DNA from: Octopus sinensis
Taxonomy: Eukaryota
Assembly: GCF_006345805.1 (NCBI RefSeq)
Contig: NW_021827263.1
Span: 1-10,950 of the forward strand
Reading direction: 5' to 3'
Length of the DNA: 10,950 bases
Part shown: positions 7,384 to 10,950 of the stretch, in pieces
Position numbering within the stretch: position 1 is the first letter of the stretch
Layout of the letters: each line of letters starts with the position of its first letter
Translations under genes and position numbers: made by a program
The notes under the pieces: generated by a model
Seen by the model: the letters and a program-made list of their open reading frames with translations, nothing else
Database searches by the model: none
What the model was told of the DNA's origin: nothing

Positions 7384-8059
7384 AACTTATATCAATATTT
7401 GCCTGAATAATCATCATAATTCAGTGCAATCATTAACAGTACTTTCAAGCAATTCAGCCCCGAGCAACGCCTGGCAATTCTGCTAGTCATATATAAATAT
7501 TACCATGGCTCCTAAACATATAAAATATGCATGTATAAAAAACAGAGAAGGTAACAAATATATATGTGAATAAAAATACAGAAATATAGAACGGCCTATG
7601 AAGAAGGTATATACAATTGATTTAAAATTCTAAAGTGTGTCATGTGACTAAAAATCTAAATAAAATATCAATCGACTAAAAAACTTCTTTTTTTTTTTAT
7701 TCACACCAAACAAAAAGTATGTCAAAAAAATTCATATCATAAAAACCATGGTAGGTTGGAGTCCAGGAACAAAAAGAGTTCCATAAATCCAAGCCAAACA
7801 CATCTATGGCCATTTTGGGAGTTCATTGCTGTGGTTCAATTATGAGTCAACCTTAACTCTTTATTATTCCTCTATTTTACTTTTTAATAAACTGAATCTT
7901 ATTCCTTGTAGATTCTAAATTCTCCCCGTCTAAAATATTCATACTTTGTCTATGGTAATTTAATACCCAGTGCATGGACATGCTAACCAACCACTTGGTT
8001 TATCCCAGAAACAGCTGGAAGACATTCAAATCACCTTAACCTAATTAAATTATTCTAAA

Positions 8060-8453
8060 CTAGCAGTATCGCCCGGCGTTGCTCGGGTTTGTAAGGGAAA
8101 TAACTATATAAGCATTTTTAGAGATGTAAAGTATAATAGCCATCTGAATATGGCTAACCACAAAGTGGGGTGTTACTGTAGCTTTTTATGTTCTGAGATT
8201 TAATAATAAATTTTTAGAGAGTTACTTCCCTTATATATGCCAAAAATGCATTAAAAATGGGAAAAATTGATGGTAAATTTTTTTTAAACCGTAGACTCAT
8301 TGTAGATGTGCGCTAATACCCAGAAGGGCTCGATATGAATCACGACTATAAGATACCCGGTTTTGGTTAAACTGCACCGCAAAATGTGGGAGTAGTTAGG
8401 AATCTAAATCGTAGGAGACAGACAGCACACAACCTCACTTTTATATATAAAGA
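8060..8453 (-). mobile_element. complete non-autonomous mini-Helitron (394 bp)
   Basis: Minus strand A|TCTTTATATATAAAAG ... CCCGAGCAACGCCGGGC-GATACTG-CTAG|T: 5' TC, 3' hairpin plus CTAG, A|T target, no TSD. Confidence 0.9.
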
Positions 8454-8643
8454 TGACTTGAGATACTTGTTCTGCCATTTTCCTCTACTATAATATATAC
8501 ATGTAATAATGGAACCCTAACACTGATCCCTAAATCCAGTCTTAGCTGTGATCTTGGAAGCTAATGGTCGACCAGCTATAGCACTTATCCAGTGAACCTG
8601 ATTCATTTAGATCACAAGTGAACTAAACCCCTCATATTCTGTG

Positions 8644-8674
<31 letters not shown>

Positions 8675-8685
8675 ATACACACATA

Positions 8686-8930
8686 AAATAAATGCGCCCT
8701 TTTAAAGCCTAGCCAGGCTCATGGGTCTGGTTTCCCGGTTTCAATGGTGTATGTGTTACCCAGCAGAATGGGATGCCAGTCCATCGCAGCGTTACTCCTT
8801 TTTGCCAGCTGAGTGGACTGGAGTAACGGGAAATGAAGTGTTTTGCTCAAGAACACAATGCATCATCCGGTCCAGGAATCGAAACCACAATCTTATGATC
8901 ATGGTGCTGATACCCTAACCACTAAGCCAC
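8686..8930 (-). mobile_element. tRNA-derived SINE with CORE-like domain
   Basis: Minus strand A box TGGCTTAGTGG (8919-8929), B box GGTTTCGATTCC (8875-8886), then TGTGTTCTTGAGCAAAACACTTCA resembling the CORE/MIR motif TGTGACCTTGGGCAAGTCACTTAA; 3' end runs into a microsatellite. Confidence 0.8.
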
Positions 8931-8980
8931 ATATATATATAAATATACATATATATACATATTTATATATATACATATAT

Positions 8981-9204
8981 AGTTCAACAAATTGACCCCA
9001 GGACTTATTCTTTGTATGCCTAGTACTTATTCCATCAGAATCTTTTTGTCAAACTGCTAAGTTATAGGGATGTAACAACGACAACATTGGTTGTCAAGTG
9101 ATGCTGGTGGGGACAAACACAAACACTTGCCCAAGAGGCAACGCAGTGGGGTGAACCCAGAAATATGTGGTTGGGAAGCAAGCTTCTTACCACACAGCCA
9201 CTCC
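8981..9204 (-). mobile_element. tRNA-derived SINE (octopus-type), apparently internally deleted
   Basis: A box TGGCTGTGTGG (9190-9200), degenerate B box GGGTTCACCCC (9148-9158), CORE-like CTTGGGCAAGTGT (9123-9135) joined abruptly to a 3' segment. Family recognition is from memory of octopus repeats. Confidence 0.72.
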
Positions 9205-9210
9205 AGCTAT

Positions 9211-9409
9211 TTCTTTATTACCCACAAGGGGCTAAACATAGAAGAGACAAACAAGAACAGACAGATGGATTAAGTGGATTATATCGACCCCAGTGCATAA
9301 CTGGTACTTAATTTATCGACCCTGAAAGGATGAAACTCAGAACATAACGGCAGACGAAATATGGCTACGCATCTCGCCCGACTTGCTAACTTTTCTGCCA
9401 CTCTAGCGC
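9211..9409 (-). mobile_element. third SINE (octopus-type, different family), deleted across the B box
   Basis: A-box-like TGGCAGAAAAGTTAG (9386-9400), partial B box GTTCTGAGTT (9334-9343) fused to TCATCCTTTCAGGGTCGATAAATTAAGTACCAG. Family recognition is from memory. Confidence 0.62.
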
Positions 9410-9411
9410 TT

Positions 9412-9497
9412 ACGTATATACACACACACATATATACACATATGTCTATATAAGTGTAATTACCTACATACATACATACACACACACACATATATAT

Positions 9498-9534
<37 letters not shown>

Positions 9535-9788
9535 TGTGTGTATCTATATATATATATATGTGGGTGTGTGTGTGTATATATATATGGTGTGTGTGTGGTT
9601 TATGGTATATATATATATATGTGTGTTATAATATGTGTATATATATATATATATTTATATTATATTTATTATATATATATATATATATATAATATATATA
9701 GATATATTTATTATATATATATATTAGATATATATATATTATATATTATATGTATAGATATATATATATATTTTAGATATATAGATAT

Positions 9789-9820
<32 letters not shown>

Positions 9821-10040
9821 ATAATATATATTATAGTATATAGATATATATATTATATGTAATATATATATATTTATTATATATTCTATGTATATATATA
9901 ATATATATATTAATATATATATATATATCTATATATATATATATATTTTTTATATATAATATATATATATAGATAATACACACACACATACATATATATA
10001 TATATACACGTATATATGTATACATAAACGTGCACACATA
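9412..10040. repeat. long degenerate (TA)n/(CA)n/(TG)n low-complexity tract
   Basis: Direct reading. Confidence 0.95.
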
Positions 10041-10192
10041 CACAAGCAAGTAAATAAAAGCACACAAAAAATTTAAATAAACTTTTTCAAAATGTTGCTA
10101 AATGGCCAGGACATAGGTATATAGCGACGTGACACAAGGCATGCACTTGGGGTATAATATGTATTTGGAGATTGGCCTGACAAAAACGAAAC

Positions 10193-10287
10193 TGGTGGTA
10201 GTTAGAGTAGCGGCTGCAGTAGTAGTAGTAGTCGTAGTAGCGGTGGTGGTGGTGATGGTGGTGGGAGTGGTGGTGGCAGTAGTAGTA
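10193..10287. repeat. degenerate (GTA/GTG)n trinucleotide repeat
   Basis: GTAGTAGTAGTAGTCGTAGTAGCGGTGGTGGTGGTGATGGTG... Confidence 0.9.
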
Positions 10288-10300
10288 CAATGTGTTTCAG

Positions 10301-10426
10301 TGTGGCTTAATTACAGCGGTTGGCTAAACAGAAGCTCACAATCTGATAGTTTGTTCGATGGAAAGGAGATAGACACACACCCAGAGAAGAGAAAGAGACA
10401 GCTTGTAGCTGTTACTATTTTGTCAG
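10301..10426 (+). other. weak candidate host exon (126 bp, phase 1-1)
   Basis: TTTCAG| at 10300 and CAG|GTAAGT at 10426/10427; one frame open (WLNYSGWLNRSSQSDSLFDGKEIDTHPEKRKRQLVAVTILS). No homology recognised and the polypyrimidine tract is weak. Confidence 0.25.
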
Positions 10427-10500
10427 GTAAGTGAATACACACACACACGCATTTATATATATGTGTGTATTTATGTTGTTTTGTCTGGGGAGAGTCATTT

Positions 10501-10575
<75 letters not shown>

Positions 10576-10640
10576 GTCTGACTATCTATCTATCTATCTA
10601 TCGATCTATCTATCTATCTATCTATCTATCTATTTATCTG
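10501..10640. repeat. (ATCT)n tetranucleotide microsatellite, ~35 units
   Basis: Direct reading. Confidence 0.97.
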
Positions 10641-10819
10641 TCTCTCTTTTAACCTATATATATAACTATATATATATAACTTTTAACTTTATATATATGC
10701 AATATGTTTATATGCATGTATACATACACATATATATATGTACGGATCCAAAAGGTCTTTCATCACAATATTTAACTACTGTCTATCATAACCTCATATA
10801 TATTTCAAGATCCAAATAA

Positions 10820-10883
10820 ATTTATATACATATATACATATACATACATACATACATACATATATGTGTGTGTGTCTGTGGGG

Positions 10884-10935
<52 letters not shown>

Positions 10936-10950
10936 TACATATATATATAT
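10820..10950. repeat. (TACA)n/(TG)n/(TA)n compound microsatellite
   Basis: Direct reading. Confidence 0.93.

Larger units (their letters stand above)
6081..7486. mobile_element. fold-back Helitron derivative: 585/587-bp inverted arms around a 234-bp spacer, 3' terminus at both ends
   Basis: 6081-6665 is the reverse complement of 6900-7486 (3 substitutions, 8 small indels by manual alignment). Both outer ends read CCCGAGCAACGCCTGGC-AATTCTG-CTAG|T, a Helitron 3' hairpin plus CTAG. Spacer 6692-6885 is homologous to the 5' half of the 8060-8453 Helitron. Confidence 0.9.

Noticed and set aside
7730-8040. Moderate-complexity segment with a small hairpin AACCAA/TTGGTT
   Set aside because: No termini, ORF or motif I can support; needs a repeat-library search.
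8500-8640. Segment that vaguely resembles a dispersed octopus repeat
   Set aside because: No A/B boxes, TIRs or TSD identifiable; recollection is too weak to call.
8860-8930. tRNA gene
   Set aside because: It has A/B boxes but no convincing full cloverleaf and continues into a CORE-like body, so it is a SINE head.
9279-10819. ORFs rich in IY, YLSI, VVV or HHH repeats
   Set aside because: Translations of (TA)n, (ATCT)n and (GTA/GTG)n microsatellites.

Overview
Eukaryotic, AT-rich, microsatellite-laden non-genic or intronic DNA made almost entirely of transposons. The SINE types look like those of octopod cephalopods (recognition from memory, not a database result). In order: (1) a 5'-truncated CR1-group LINE on the minus strand (389-4021) with a triple-CCCH zinc-finger ORF1, a frameshifted APE-endonuclease/RT ORF2, a 3' stem-loop and a (GAAAT)n tail; (2) an 819-bp Tc1/mariner-type MITE with 176-bp TIRs and a TA duplication; (3) a mosaic ~165-180-bp tandem array; (4) a 1.4-kb fold-back Helitron derivative with two 3' CTAG termini, no 5' end, and inverted copies of a PIF1-like helicase fragment; (5) a complete 394-bp mini-Helitron; (6) three tRNA-derived SINEs; (7) long microsatellites and one weak candidate host exon. 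The most notable signal is in the LINE. ORF2 has no ATG before its endonuclease domain. Its frame opens two codons before an in-frame U_UUU_UUA heptamer in ORF1 and overlaps ORF1 by 226 nt in the -1 frame. This points to retrovirus-style -1 ribosomal frameshifting making an ORF1-ORF2 fusion. Many 1-bp deletions suggest residual sequencing error, which is a caveat for several findings.
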